From assembly GCA_043228905.1 (NCBI GenBank), contig JBHGNT010000006.1, positions 2,666,001 through 2,730,000 on the forward strand: 64,000 nucleotides of DNA, written 5' to 3'. The DNA is from Azolla caroliniana (taxonomy: Eukaryota; Plantae; Polypodiophyta). Each line of letters opens with the position of its first letter. The first letter of the stretch is position 1. Shown piece after piece: positions 1-12,761 of this stretch. The position numbers and the translations under genes are program-made. The notes under the pieces were generated by a model, which saw only the letters and a program-made list of their open reading frames with translations, made no database searches and was not told where the DNA came from.

Positions 1-1604
1 TTCCTACCATCATTAATTGCATGACTGAAGTTTGTACATTGTCATGAAATTCATTCAATGGCATTGTTGAACAAATGCAAAATAAAAAAGAGTGTATGAA
101 TTTTGTACATTATCATAAAGAGCACTGAATGGTTTTGTTGAAGAAAGCAATAATATAAATTGTAGAAGAGACTAGAGTTTTATCTTTTACCAAAATGATA
201 GTCAAAGTTGATAAAAAACATGATCAATGTGCTTCCATGGTATAAATATGAAGTTAACCAAACTACCATATACATGTGTGTGTGCACATTTGCACTTGGG
301 ACAGGGACTTTTAAAGATTGAGACTTGGATCCATACAATCATAAGCCATAGTGGTCAAAGGTAAATTGTCATAGTTTATTTCAAGTGCTCAATGTCAGCA
401 CATATATGAGGTATGGAAATATACATGTAAGTGATAATTTTGTTGCATAAAAGGACATTAAGGAAACAAAAAAAGTGTGTAATGGAGACATAGAGGGAAG
501 GGTGCATAAGAGGGTCTTGTATTGTCATGTTGTTTTAATACATATACCACTCTTACAAATAGATGGGTAGATAGGTGGATCTATTATTACAATGGACAAG
601 GCTCATCTCATGGCAGAGGATCAAATTTGGGTTCTCAAAATTAGGAATGGTGTTATGGTGTAAATAAACTACCAAAGAGATAGAATGTAATTGTTTTACC
701 AAGTTATTGCTGATAGCATCAAGGATATAATGTAGGCCATTGGTGGATTAATGAACTAATTCGTACAAGTAGAATGTACTACTATCGCAAATTGAAACAT
801 GGTATAATTGTTTACTTGCCTATATGTATATATTCAAGGTGTATGAAAGCCATACGTGTACATAAACACAAACATACTTTATAGTTTTCACACACATGCA
901 TGCTTAAACGTATTGTTGAGCATTGATTCATGTCATCATAATTGGTAAGGATGTTAAAAAAAAGCAATACTCTCTATATGTAATGAATGGCTGAATACCA
1001 TCCCAACCATAGTATTTATTGAAAATGTTCATAGTCCTCTACCCCCTTTTTTTGTTATCCTTACATATATGCCTCTCATATAATTGTATAAAGCTTGACA
1101 AAGTGATCCAATCAATCCCTACTTTCAAGGATGCAATTAAAATCTTATAAAATCTAAACATTAGATCTAGACTTTTTCATTGAGGGTGGCAATGATATTT
1201 CCAAAAAGGTCAAGGATATAGATGATAGAGGCACATATACAAGAGATGGTTTCATTATCTTTTCACGACACATTTTGAATGCCAATGATAATGCTGTTAT
1301 TTTTTAAAATAACAAAGGTATATACGATATTAGGTCATATGTGACAAGTGGTAGTTTCAAAAGTATCCTTACATATTTAAATGCAATGTTTCTACAATAT
1401 CGGTGTGTTTTTAAATCTCTTGCTACCGCATGCTCATACAAACATTTTACAAGCAATATATGGTTGACGTGACACACGGATCTGCATGTGGTACACATTC
1501 ATCATTTGCACATAGTATTCAATCAAGGAATCATTCGTCAATGTTATGTATACAATGCAAACTCCAAAGGAAAATGTTCCTATTGTATGGGGGGCATTGC
1601 AAGT

Positions 1605-1926
1605 CTACTTTCCATAATAACAGTTCCCTCCTTTCAATACTCAGTAAAACTTGGAAGATCATTACCGCTCTCTCATAATGTAACGATACCAACACCTCAG
1701 AAACATTGGACCACCTGGGGGGTCTCAACTTTGCATTTGAAAACCTACTAGAGATGGATTTGAAAACCTACTTTCCATAATAACGGTTCCCTCCTTTCAG
1801 TACTCAGTAAAACTTGGAAGATCATTACCGCTCTCTCATAATGTAACGATACCAACACATCAGAAACATTGGACCACCTGGGGGGTCTCAACTTTGCATT
1901 TGAAAACCTACTAGAGATGGATTTGA
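1605..1926. repeat. Tandem duplication, 2 x ~163 bp, near identical
   Basis: CTACTTTCCATAATAAC...CTAGAGATGGATTTGA occurs at 1605-1762 and again at 1768-1926 with only a few substitutions. Confidence 0.9.
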
Positions 1927-4900
1927 TCATTTAAGGGGTCAACTAAATTGATTCTCTTTAGATGGCTATTAGTGCATACGGCATTACTAGTTGGCCATTC
2001 ATTGAAAGGGAATGTAACACCTAATCTTCGGCAATGTGGCTTTTGCCATGAAGCTTAGGAGACCACCAAGCATGTCCTCTAGTCCCGTCCCATGACTCAA
2101 CAAGTATAGAATAAAGTCCTTTCGTTATTCTTAACAATCAATGTCGGTTGCCAATTTTCATGGGGATCAACAATGCGGGGAGTGTTACATTCCAGCTTGA
2201 TGTTGTATGAGGCAGACGATGTTCAGGAGGCAATGATGGTACATAATAACAGGTTGATATTAGTTAGCCCTTTCAGCAACCTCAAAAGTAGGTGTGATCT
2301 GTTTAGGTTTGGAAAACAATGACTACGGTTACGCTATGGGCATTATGGAAATGTTGATGTAACCAATTTTATGATGTGGCAAATTAACGTCTCTCATATG
2401 TCTTGCTTGAGATATGGGAGAACTTGTTGGCAGTACTTTGTGCCCAGTATGACAATATGCATGGTTCCCCAGGGACTGTGAACAAGAGAAGGAAGAAGCT
2501 TCTTCACTTATGGAAAAAGTTGCCCCTGTTGATAGAGTCAACTCAAGGGCCTCAATGGCACTATTGACTTCCATGGACCCTTTCTTGAATATCAGTAAAT
2601 TCCAACACCTACAAAATCCTATCTTTGGTCTTAGGATTAATGTACATCATTGTACATAAAAAGTTGTAAGATTCTGGGCAGACAAGCTCAAGTTGTAGCC
2701 TTCAGGTGTTTTTGCTTCATACTATTGAAGAAAATCTTTGAAGAAAAAAAAGAAGTCTACTTTCCATAAACATATTGTGGGATGCCTTTGTTTTCTAGAC
2801 TAAGCCCTAACCATTTATTGCATTAAACTAATGCATATTGTTTCTATAAAAGAAATTATCTTAATAACTTTAGAATTGAGGAAAATTTGTGGAGGTCAGG
2901 ATAAGCAACTCTTTAACCTTCTTAATGTGTGGTGAGCTAGTTATTAGTATATTCTCAAGTTGAGTTTTAAAACTAGAAAGTTTTAGACTATGAGAAACTC
3001 TTGACATAAATAAGGATGTACAAGGTTTTTGAGAGAGATAACCTAGCAATCCTAATTGATGAAATCTCAAACGTTGTATTTTTTATCATACATGAAAAAA
3101 ATCTCGATTACGTAAGTTGCAACTACAAGAGCATGACAAAATAAGTTAGTAACATTAGTCTTTTATATTTCATTGGTATTCAATGTCAAGCTATATATTA
3201 AGACACGAGACTCAATGAAACATTGAAATTCAAGTTGATTTGCTATGAATTTGTCCCTTCATATACTATTAGTTTGATTGGAACCGCCACCAAGCAGCCA
3301 AACTCAAGGCTCGAAAGTATGTGGAAAATATCTCCTTAAGTGTTTGGCAATTTATTCACTCTTTGCCCAAAAGGTCTTTGAGTTGTTCAAATTCTAAGCT
3401 ATATAGATATAAGTACAAATTTCTCCAAAAAGGAAATATTTAATTACATCCCATATACTTGAATAGTTTGATGGAAAATGATTATAGCAATCTACGAGGT
3501 CTAGAATGTGTTTAATAATCCTATTGATATGTTATTTATTTTGTTGTTAAACTAGAAAGCTCGTGCATTCCTCTTCTAAAGTACCAAGTGTGATATTAAA
3601 ACTTATGATGCTTAAATGGGTATGTGATACTACTAGCAATTGTCGCGATATATTGTAACAACCATTTTTTCTATCTTGAAGGTGTTTATGTACATATAGT
3701 GTTATTCATGGTTCACCTCCAAACACTCCACGTTACATTGTGAAACTAGTTCCCATCCTCACAGACATGAATGAAAACTAGTTCCCATTAGTTGAAAGAG
3801 GGGCGTGAATGAGATGAGATACATAGAGAACAAACATGTGGGTTATTGAATGCAAGTGATGCGTGTGGAAAGTTTGGCTAGAGACATATGCGAAAGTGTA
3901 AGATAAATAAGTGATATCGCCCATATGTATGTAGATGTATGGTGGTGAACTTTTGTACAACCAACATAGGGTATATAGTAGCTTAGAATGAAAGGATAAT
4001 TTAAGCAAGGGCTACCCGATAAAGGGACTAAAGTTGTGTATAGAAGGACAATTTAACTAATGGAGTATATTCATTTTTGGAAATTAATGAGAACTAGTTC
4101 CCATACTCTAGTTAACATACATTGGTAATATGATATGGGAACTCCCTACTCGTATGAAAGAACACCATGTGTGACTTCTCAATCACTTGTTGATGGTCGG
4201 TCTCCAAACATTTCCTTATAGATTGAGATGAGACGTTTACATGTCTAGCAAAAGGATCATGCCAGGCTCTTTAGATCGATAAGAAGCCTCTTTGTCATGA
4301 TATTTGGATTTGTAAACTGTTCATCTTTTTTCGGTGATGATAATTTCTCACTCATTCCAACCCTTGGCGCCAATCCACTATTTGAATTACACACGCAATA
4401 ACTCTCTCTCGTCAATGTTCTCCATCATTCATTTTGATATGGTTTCTATGATGGGATGTTGCTCCCGTTTTCCATTGGCTTCAATGAGCTCTACTTTGAT
4501 TGCAAAACTTTGTCTTTGAACTTGTTGAAGTGAATATGCTTGCTAGTTAGGACATACAACCTAGATTTGATGATCAATTAACTCCTTGTCCAACATGTTC
4601 TTGGCTTATTGCAACTACAATCAACGTCATACTTCCCAAGAGTTTCGACTTTGTTCGATTAATAAGGGGTTTTTAAATGTGGTGAGAGCATGTCGTTAGG
4701 GCACTTTTCTATGATATCTAATGTGGGTGTATCTTCATTGGTGTTGGAATAAAATGAGCAATGTTCCCCATCATTAACCACAATAGGTCTATTTGTACCT
4801 TGTATTTGGCTTTAGCATAGTGTTGCGAATTAGGATATGAGAAAGAGCACACTATACCACCATGGTTAAGATAAGTATGTCAATTGATTTGAGATTAGTC

Positions 4901-5377
4901 TGAGGTTTTAATTCATCAACACAGGGATATAGTTTAAGAGAAATGATATTTGGTATAGTAAGTATGTGTGAATGGAGGCATTTGATTAGCCTATCTACAA
5001 CCTTGAGTAAGTAGCGTTAAATACGTTACTAGTAAGGTAAACCCATCACAACAAAAGAAGAAGAGGCATAAGTGATAACTTATCATCATGGTAAGCTAGC
5101 CCATAGAAAGAAAGAGAGACAAATTTAAGAACCCAAGGGTGTCAATGGTTGTAGTTCATTGGGTAAGGTTGTCAAGAGGCGATCAAGAGGTAAAGAGTTC
5201 AACCCCTACTACATTATGCAATGGAGTCTAGCAAAGAGACTAGAAGTTAATGCCCTCGTAAACCCCTTATACAATCCGCATTCGAGCATCTCATGAGATA
5301 GTGGACATGTATACATTCAAATGTAGGGTCAATGTGCATGTGGTGAGATTTGATGATTAAAGGGCTCATGTTCGACG

Positions 5378-5636
5378 TCTATGTTCCACAATGAGTTATT
5401 AATGTGAAGTAGAGCATGCAATTAGATCTTGGTTCCAAGTCTATGTTCCACAATGAGTTATTAATGTGAAGTAGAGCATGCAATCGGATCTTGGTTCCAA
5501 GTGCAGTTCCAAGTGCATGGGTCAGGTCACTAAGTAAAAAACTTAGCTTACAAATACCAAGTAGAGCATGTAATCGGGTCCTGGTCCCAAGTGCATGGGT
5601 CAAGCCAGTAAGTAAAAAGCTTACCTTACAAATACG
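5378..5636. repeat. Composite tandem repeat (2 x ~62 bp followed by 2 x ~77 bp units sharing an AAGTAGAGCATG/CCAAGTGCA core)
   Basis: TCTATGTTCCACAATGAGTTATTAATGTGAAGTAGAGCATGCAAT appears twice. CCAAGTGCATGGGTCA...AAGTAAAAA.CTTA.CTTACAAATAC appears twice. These repeats explain the repetitive 150-aa minus-strand ORF. Confidence 0.75.
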
Positions 5637-6408
5637 GTGAGACCGTGATATGAAAGAGAGAAAAGACAAGGGAGGCGCTCGAGCGTAGAGACAAGCGAGA
5701 GGGTACGAGTCATTCATCTGGTTTCCATATACACTTGTGTGCCAAGTGCATGGCATGGCATGGCAAAGGGTGGCATTTTTGTGTGAGTGAATGAAAGAGG
5801 TGAGGGGACCTTTGAGCAGCCTCTCTTGCAAAGACCAAAGAAAATATTAACCAAAACAAGTAGTCTTTTGTTTTCTGTTTTTGTTTTGTAAAAACAAAAA
5901 AGGGGGGGTTAACAACCCTCTATCAACCCACCCCCTCCTTCCTCCAATTAAAATGCTCTTTTCCTTCTTCACCTCCTATAATATATATATGTATGTTACA
6001 TATGTAAATATATATAAATGTACACATATATATATATATTTGGTGTATATCAAGCCATGATCATGCATGGTCTCTAAAACCCTAATCTATTCTATTCTAT
6101 CCCTAATCCTTTTAAATTGTCTTACCAAAGGCATTGCTCAAGGTTTATAAGCACTACATTAATAAATCAACACAATGCATATCTTTCTTAATTGCAATGA
6201 CTAACCTGGCTAAAATTTTAAGTGTTTTTATTTATTTATAATTTGAGTAGTGTCTAAATCAGTAAGTAATATAAAAAGAACCATATCCTATGGTTATTAG
6301 CTGTGATTAGGTTTGATCTGTGGTTATTGTGATTGGGGGCAGGGGAGGTTACAGTAATTACATTGGAATACATACATACATTTAAATTCTATAATCGTGA
6401 GTGAATCA

Positions 6409-9400
6409 ATGGGTAGGGCACCATGTTGTGAGAAGGAGACAGTGAAGAGGGGGCCATGGACACCTGAGGAGGATGCGAAGCTGCTTGCTTGTGTCTCCCA
6501 GTTTGGAACCGGTAGTTGGAGAACCCTCCCCAAAAAAGCTGGTATCAATTCTAATTACCACTCATCACCCCACTAATCACGGCATATCATTGTTTCATCT
6601 TCCCCTAATCACCCCACTAATCACAAAATATCATTGATTCATTCCCCCCTAATCACCCCACTAATCACTAAATATCATTGATTCATTTCCCCCTAATCAC
6701 CCCACTAATCACTAAATGTCATTGATTCATTTCCCCCTAATCACCCCACTAATCACTAAATATCATTGATTCATTTCCCCCTAATCACCCCACTAATCAC
6801 TAAATGTCATTGATTCATTTCCCCCTAATCACCCCACTAATCACTAAATATCATTGATTCATTTCCCCCTAATCACCCCACTAATCACTAAATATCATTG
6901 ATTCATTTCCCCCTAATCACCCCACTAATCCCTAAATATCATTGATTCATTTCCCCCTAATCACCCCACTAATCCCTAAATATCATTGATTCATTTCCCC
7001 CTAAGCACCCCACTAATCATAAGATATCATTGATTCATCTTCCCCTAATTGCCGACTAATAATAATATCATTGACAATCATCTTCGCCTAATCACCCACT
7101 AATCATAAGTAATTGCCGACTAATAATAATATCATTGACAATCATCTTCGCCTAATCACCCACTAATCATAAGACCATTGATTCATTCTTTCCCTAATTA
7201 CCCACTAATCATAAGACCATTGATTCATTCTTTCCCTAATATCCCTCTAATCATAATAACTATGATTGATGCCACCAACGTCACCCACTAATCACAAAAA
7301 AAAACTATGATCGATCTTCCCCGAATTACCCACCAATAATCCCAATACTTAAGATTGATCTCCACCACGTCACCCACTAAACAGAACGTACATGATTGAT
7401 CTCCCACTGATTACAAACTTATCACCCACTAAATACAACACTGCCATGATTGACCTCCCCCCTCATCACCCGCAAATCACAACATGCATGATTAATCTAA
7501 TCCTAATTTAACTACAAATCAACAGCAACTATGATCAATCACCCACTAAAACCAACAACTTCAGTATTGAGTCTGCCGTCACTGACATCCTGATCGATCA
7601 TAATTAAATGACTATCAATAATTTTCCAGCGATAGATCAGAATGAACATCACCCACCAATGATTATAATATAATGCATGATGAACGCCTTCTCATTGATC
7701 ATGCATTTAAATTATAATCAATCATCATGCATGATCAACGCCTTCGCATTGATCATGCAATTATATTATAATCAATCATCGGTGAATCGAGTTGGTCGTG
7801 ATGTATCATAAATTATTAGCGTCTATCTATATATCATTCATGATCCTCAAATTTTCTCACTCATAAGAGAAGATGAACAAATAGCCATTAAAAAGCAGAG
7901 ACGGAAACAGTAATGAAACAACAAACTACTTATACTGCATTAATGAATGAATTTACACCGAATCATCAGTGGAGATGAGTGAGCGATCATGGAAACATGA
8001 TACCATGATGTTTGGGTTTTTCTTTTTGTTTGTGAGAATCAGGGTTGCAGAGGTGTGGGAAGAGTTGCAGGTTGCGGTGGACCAATTACCTGAGGCCAGA
8101 CCTGAAGCATGGGCGATTCAGTGAGCAGGAAGAGCAGCTCATCGTGAAGCTCCATGCTGCACTGGGAAGCAGGTAAAAAAATTTAGGAAGGAAGGAAATC
8201 ATTGGAGAAATAGGAAGGAAGGAAGGAAGGAAATCATTGGAGAAATAGGAAGGAAGGAAGGAAGGAAGCATGGCATGGGTTTAGGGTTTAGGGTTTAGAG
8301 TTTAGGGTTTAGGGTTTAGGGTTTTGAATCTCTGTTTTCTGTTTTTTTTTTGGGCGGGGGGTTGGGGTTTTGGGACCCAATTTACAGGTGGTCGCTCATC
8401 GCGGCGCAGCTGCCTGGGCGGACGGACAACGACGTGAAGAACTACTGGAACACGCGGCTGAAGAAGAAACTGTGCGAGATGGGCATCGATCCCATCACGC
8501 ACAAGCCCATCTCGCAGCTCCTGGCGGATCTTGCAGGTTCCATGGCGCTGCCCAAAGGAAGCGAGATCGCGGAGGCCACGCTGGGCTGCTTCAAGGACGA
8601 CATGCTCAACGTCCTGATGAGGAAGAGATCAGACATAAGCCACCATAGCCACCAGTATCAGCAAGCCCACCACCATCAATCAACCGCCGCCGCCTGTAGT
8701 GGCGGCGCCGCCACATCTCCGCCGCCGCCCGACAACCCCCATACCCATCTAATGAACAACATCTATAACCACAACTCCGCTAGCAGCAACCACCACCGCG
8801 TGACCAGCGCCGCCGCCCTCCCTACCATGTCCTTCGCCCCTAATCACGCCCTAATCACTCCCCCCGCCTCTGCTTCTACCAGCAATTACACCAGACGGAG
8901 GCTGATTAGCGGCTGCGGCGCCTTGAGCTCCGACGTCGTTAATCCCTGCGGCCCCGTCAGTGGGGTTAGATCCGCCCAAGCCAGATCTAACGCAAGAAGC
9001 AATGTGGCTCATCAGGGCACTGCCAACCATAGTTCTTGTTATGGCCCTCGCCACAATCATAATTATGCCCCTAATCATGCTTCCAGCAACTATGGATCCA
9101 ATGCCCTAACTCTGCTGATGGAGCGGCCTGTTCACGACATGATGATGATCATGGATGATGACTTCAATCACCTGGATTATGGTAGCTACAATCCGAGTAA
9201 CGATCAGATGATGCAGAGTTTGAAGGCGCTCAATCCATCCCCATTAATGGGCACGACCACTAACAATTGTAATGATGAAGTGACGAATGGCTACACCGCC
9301 ATGAACGGAGCAAGCAATGCACAGGACCATCATGATGATGATGATGATGAGGTCGTTAATGGCGCATTGAATGCCGATCCTCCTGCTGAGCATGCCATTA

Positions 9401-10170
9401 ACAGTGGAGCTTTTAATGGTGGAGATCATTCCATGGATGATAATGGTGATGGTGATGGTGATGGTAATGGTGATGGTGAGGAGGAGGTGCCAGACCTAAA
9501 TCTCATGAATGAAGGAAGAATCAGTGTTCACATGGAGCAGCAGAAGCATCCCAACCTGTATACACTTCTGATGAATCAACACTTGGAAGCAGAGATGATG
9601 ATGCAGAAGAAGAAGGAGGAGGAGGAGGAGGAGGAGGAGGAGGAGATCAACATGAACAATGGTGATGGTAATGCTACAATGCATCAAGCCCTCCAGCAGA
9701 ACATGGGAGGCAATAGTAATACAGGTGCTGCCCATTATACTAACCTAGCCCATCATCATCATCATCATCATGAAGACATTATGATGATGATGATGATGGC
9801 CGGCCACGATCCCACCACTGCCCAATTCCATGCCGAGAATCGGCCGGCACACTCACCTCGTGTCCACAACGAGGGCCCCATGGCATTCGCCGTGCCCGTC
9901 CCAACCGCCCCGCCCAACCCGGCCGCCAGGTGCGAATGGAGCCCTTCTAGCTACACCAACAGTGGGAGCAGCTCCAGCAACCTCAGCCTATGCAACAACA
10001 ATGACGTGACCCACGATCTCATACTCGGCGACCATGACCATGGCCATATCGACGACACCAGCCACATCCCGTCCATTGACCAACAAGAAGCCGGCGGCCA
10101 ACAACAAATCGTCTCCCCTCTCGATGGCCTCCTATGGGACCTTTGCGAGCTCGGGTCCATGGTCTCGTAG
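6409..10170 (+). CDS. MYB80: R2R3-MYB transcription factor, MYB80/MS188 clade (~681 aa, 3 exons)
   Basis: Exons 6409-6541 (133 nt), 8043-8172 (130 nt) and 8388-10170 have the canonical R2R3-MYB sizes and GT-AG introns. Translation: [22 protein letters not shown]...[24 protein letters not shown]...[22 protein letters not shown]. Post-R3 motifs [18 protein letters not shown] and [20 protein letters not shown] match the MYB80-specific AEAALGCFKDEMLHLLTKKR motif. Confidence 0.93.
6564..7048. repeat. 44-bp minisatellite (~11 copies) in MYB intron 1, decaying into degenerate copies to ~7550
   Basis: Unit ATCACCCCACTAATCACTAAATATCATTGATTCATTTCCCCCTA recurs at a 44-nt period (6564, 6608, 6652 ... 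7004). Confidence 0.95.
8277..8324 (+). repeat. Interstitial Arabidopsis-type telomeric repeat (TTTAGGG)x6, one variant unit, in MYB intron 2
   Basis: GGG TTTAGGG TTTAGGG TTTAGAG TTTAGGG TTTAGGG TTTAGGG TTT, preceded by a duplicated (GGAA)n-ATCATTGGAGAAATA block. Confidence 0.9.
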
Positions 10171-12569
10171 TAGCTCCCTTGCCCGACAATGTATACACAC
10201 TAACTAACTAACTAACTAACGACGACATCAAGCATTTTTTCTTCTGTCGTACGAGTACCCGGCCTTGCGACTCGATCCCGATGGACCGTTTGGTTTGGCC
10301 CATATTTTAACCGTCGGACAACATCTAATGTTTCGTCAAATGGCCCCCCTTCCTCTAGGACCAACGTTCGTTTTCATCTAGTTGTGCATGTACTTTCAAT
10401 CTAGGCTACATAGTTAGTGCCACCACTATAGGTAGTTGGTTACATTTATTTCGTAACATTCATAGCATAATGCAAAATGGCGATCGCAACCGCTAATCAT
10501 AAACTTCACTTCGTGAGCTAGCTAGGGAAGGCAAAACCTAAGAGGCATGCAAATGGGCAATGACTCCCCATTGGGCATAGCTAAAAAGTTTCTCACTCAT
10601 CAAGTCGTTGGAATCGTCGATATAAACTTATATCCACCTCCCTCACTCGAGAATGTGGAGCTTTCTTTCTTTCCTTCTTTAATAGCCTAAAAGAGTTATC
10701 ATTTAATGCTTCTAAATCCAATCGCATCTACTTTTTCCCCAACATTTCCGAGTTAGTCTTGCTCGAAAACGAAGAATTGAAGGAATGAATAAAAAATCAC
10801 CTCTCTCCATTCCCCCAAACTCTTGAAGACACTAGTAGTACCATATAGAAATGCCATGATAAATTTTTTTGTCTTCTTTAGTTAGTTGTACTAAGACCAT
10901 GTAGCCCATGGTTTTTAGTATTTTGTTTGAACTTTATATGTTTCAATCAAAGCAAGATACAAGCGAAGTTTTGAACAAATAATCCAAATTGAAAAGACGT
11001 TTTATTTAACCATAAACCAATTTGATCGGTTAAATGAAAGCTTACCTTAAAGCCTCCGTGAGACAATGATGATCCCAACTTCTCTTATTGGATACAAACT
11101 ACATATTTATTTTACAATCTAGAGAACTTCTTAATCTAGAATGCTTAATATCAAGAATCTAAAGAGACATCAATGTGGCTATATCTCTCTTCTCATATTA
11201 AAACTTTATTGGTGACAATGAAAAAGGTAATGCTATTCTATTGTGCTTTTAGCACATGATCTCTTGTCTTCTTGGAGTTTAGTATGGTTTGTTTGGCCAA
11301 CTTTAGTTGTAAAGGTACTTTGAGGAAAATAAATCCTCTCTCTGTCTACTCATGGTGATTGATGTTACGTGAAGAAAGCAACCTCGATGGAATGACTTCA
11401 CATGATCGATGTATGTGTGAACATAAAGGTTGTGGTAATTGACGAATCGAGAAACATACATCAAGGGGAATGTGATTGATTGTAACGAACAAAGAGCAAA
11501 GATATTTTACCCAGATCTATTGCCCACTTTAATTCAAAATGGAAGGCATTCAAATCTTAAAGGCATGCTATTGAGAAGATCTCGACATACATTTAAAGAA
11601 TGTTTATTACTCGTGAAATGATCAAGATGAATATAGTTGTGAATCAATCGATACTAAGGTCTACTTCTCGATTCAAAAACCTCAATAGTTCCCCTAGGCT
11701 ACGCATCGATCCAAAGCTCTTAGCCAAGACAACGCATTTGAAACATATAAATACAGAGAGACAACGGAATCACACTCTTAAGTTATGAAAAAGGAAGCAT
11801 GTTGAGGAGATGCTAAATAATTGATAGCAAATATGATTATACCGGATCCAACTAACAAATATGATTATAGTGGATCCTAATAACCATACATTTGCCATGT
11901 GATTAGCTTTAGATAGCCATTCAAAGTAAAATATTAGCCAAGTATCTTCATACAATTCCATACTAGTCCACTTGCAATCTTATAAACTATTTTGGCCTTT
12001 CTTAATAAATCATAGTCAATCCGTAGGGGGAGGGCAATGAAATACATACTTGTCAACATATTCTTGAATCCAACCTCCACAAATTTATGGCACGGTCTTA
12101 CGGTATTATGAACATATGCTCGGAGCAACCATAATGAGCACACATTAGGCACACTTGACAACTACAGGGCCAACGGGATGGGTTCAATGTGAACCCATGT
12201 GATTTCTCCCACATCAAGAATGCACATGACATAATCCTGGTCCATGAGACCGCAGGGGGAGTGTGCAGGGCAAGGCTATGGCCATGCATCTCCAAGCCAG
12301 GTGATCATAATAATGTCCACATCGTTCGATAGCTGGCGTAACATGTACAAGCCAACAATGTCCGGGCGATTCACAGGTAAATAGGGTTGGAAGCAGAGAC
12401 GGAACGGGCATTCGGGGCCGACAAGTTGGGACCGTGTGGACGTATGGACCTTCCACTACATATGTACATAGATCTCTATGTACACTTGGGGATGTCATTA
12501 GAATCAAAACACCCAACTACCAACAGTAGAAGAGTAATTAAGTAAAGTAAAGAAGCAGTAGAAGTACTC

Positions 12570-12761
12570 TTCTCTGTCTCTGTCTCTGTCTCTGTCTCTC
12601 TGTTTGTCTCTGTGTCTGTGAAGCAGCAGCTAGCTAGCAGAAAGCAGAACCCTAGGGTTTCTGATCACCTGCAGTTCAACTCCCTCCCATCTCTCTCTCT
12701 CTCTCTCTCTCTCTCCCGCTTCTCTGGAGCTGGTTGAAGCTATCGTCTTGCCTTCGCCCTG
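12570..12761 (+). promoter_or_regulatory. Probable TSS region and non-coding first exon of the bZIP gene
   Basis: CT-rich tracts and a telobox-like AACCCTAGGGTTT (~12648), then donor G|GTAAGC at 12762. A long T-rich intron ends at a candidate acceptor CAG at ~14281, upstream of ATG 14450. Confidence 0.5.

Noticed and set aside
400-900. Possible further copy of the LINE family (TCTCAAAATTAGGAATGG resembles the SHKLGIE-coding segment)
   Set aside because: The similarity is too short and degraded to support by eye, and I found no 3' hairpin or tail.
6564-7048. Regular 44-bp repeats as a CRISPR-like array
   Set aside because: The units are contiguous with no unique spacers, lie in a eukaryotic intron, and have no cas genes nearby.
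8350-8387. N-terminus [13 protein letters not shown] of the 606-aa ORF
   Set aside because: It is intron 2 sequence. The real exon starts at 8388 after TTTACAG.
10198-10220. (AACT)n run in the MYB 3' UTR as an autoregulatory MYB site
   Set aside because: It cannot be distinguished from an ordinary tetranucleotide microsatellite.
11100-12150. Possible L1-type LINE remnant on the minus strand (Trp-rich short ORFs)
   Set aside because: No unambiguous RT or endonuclease motif was recovered.
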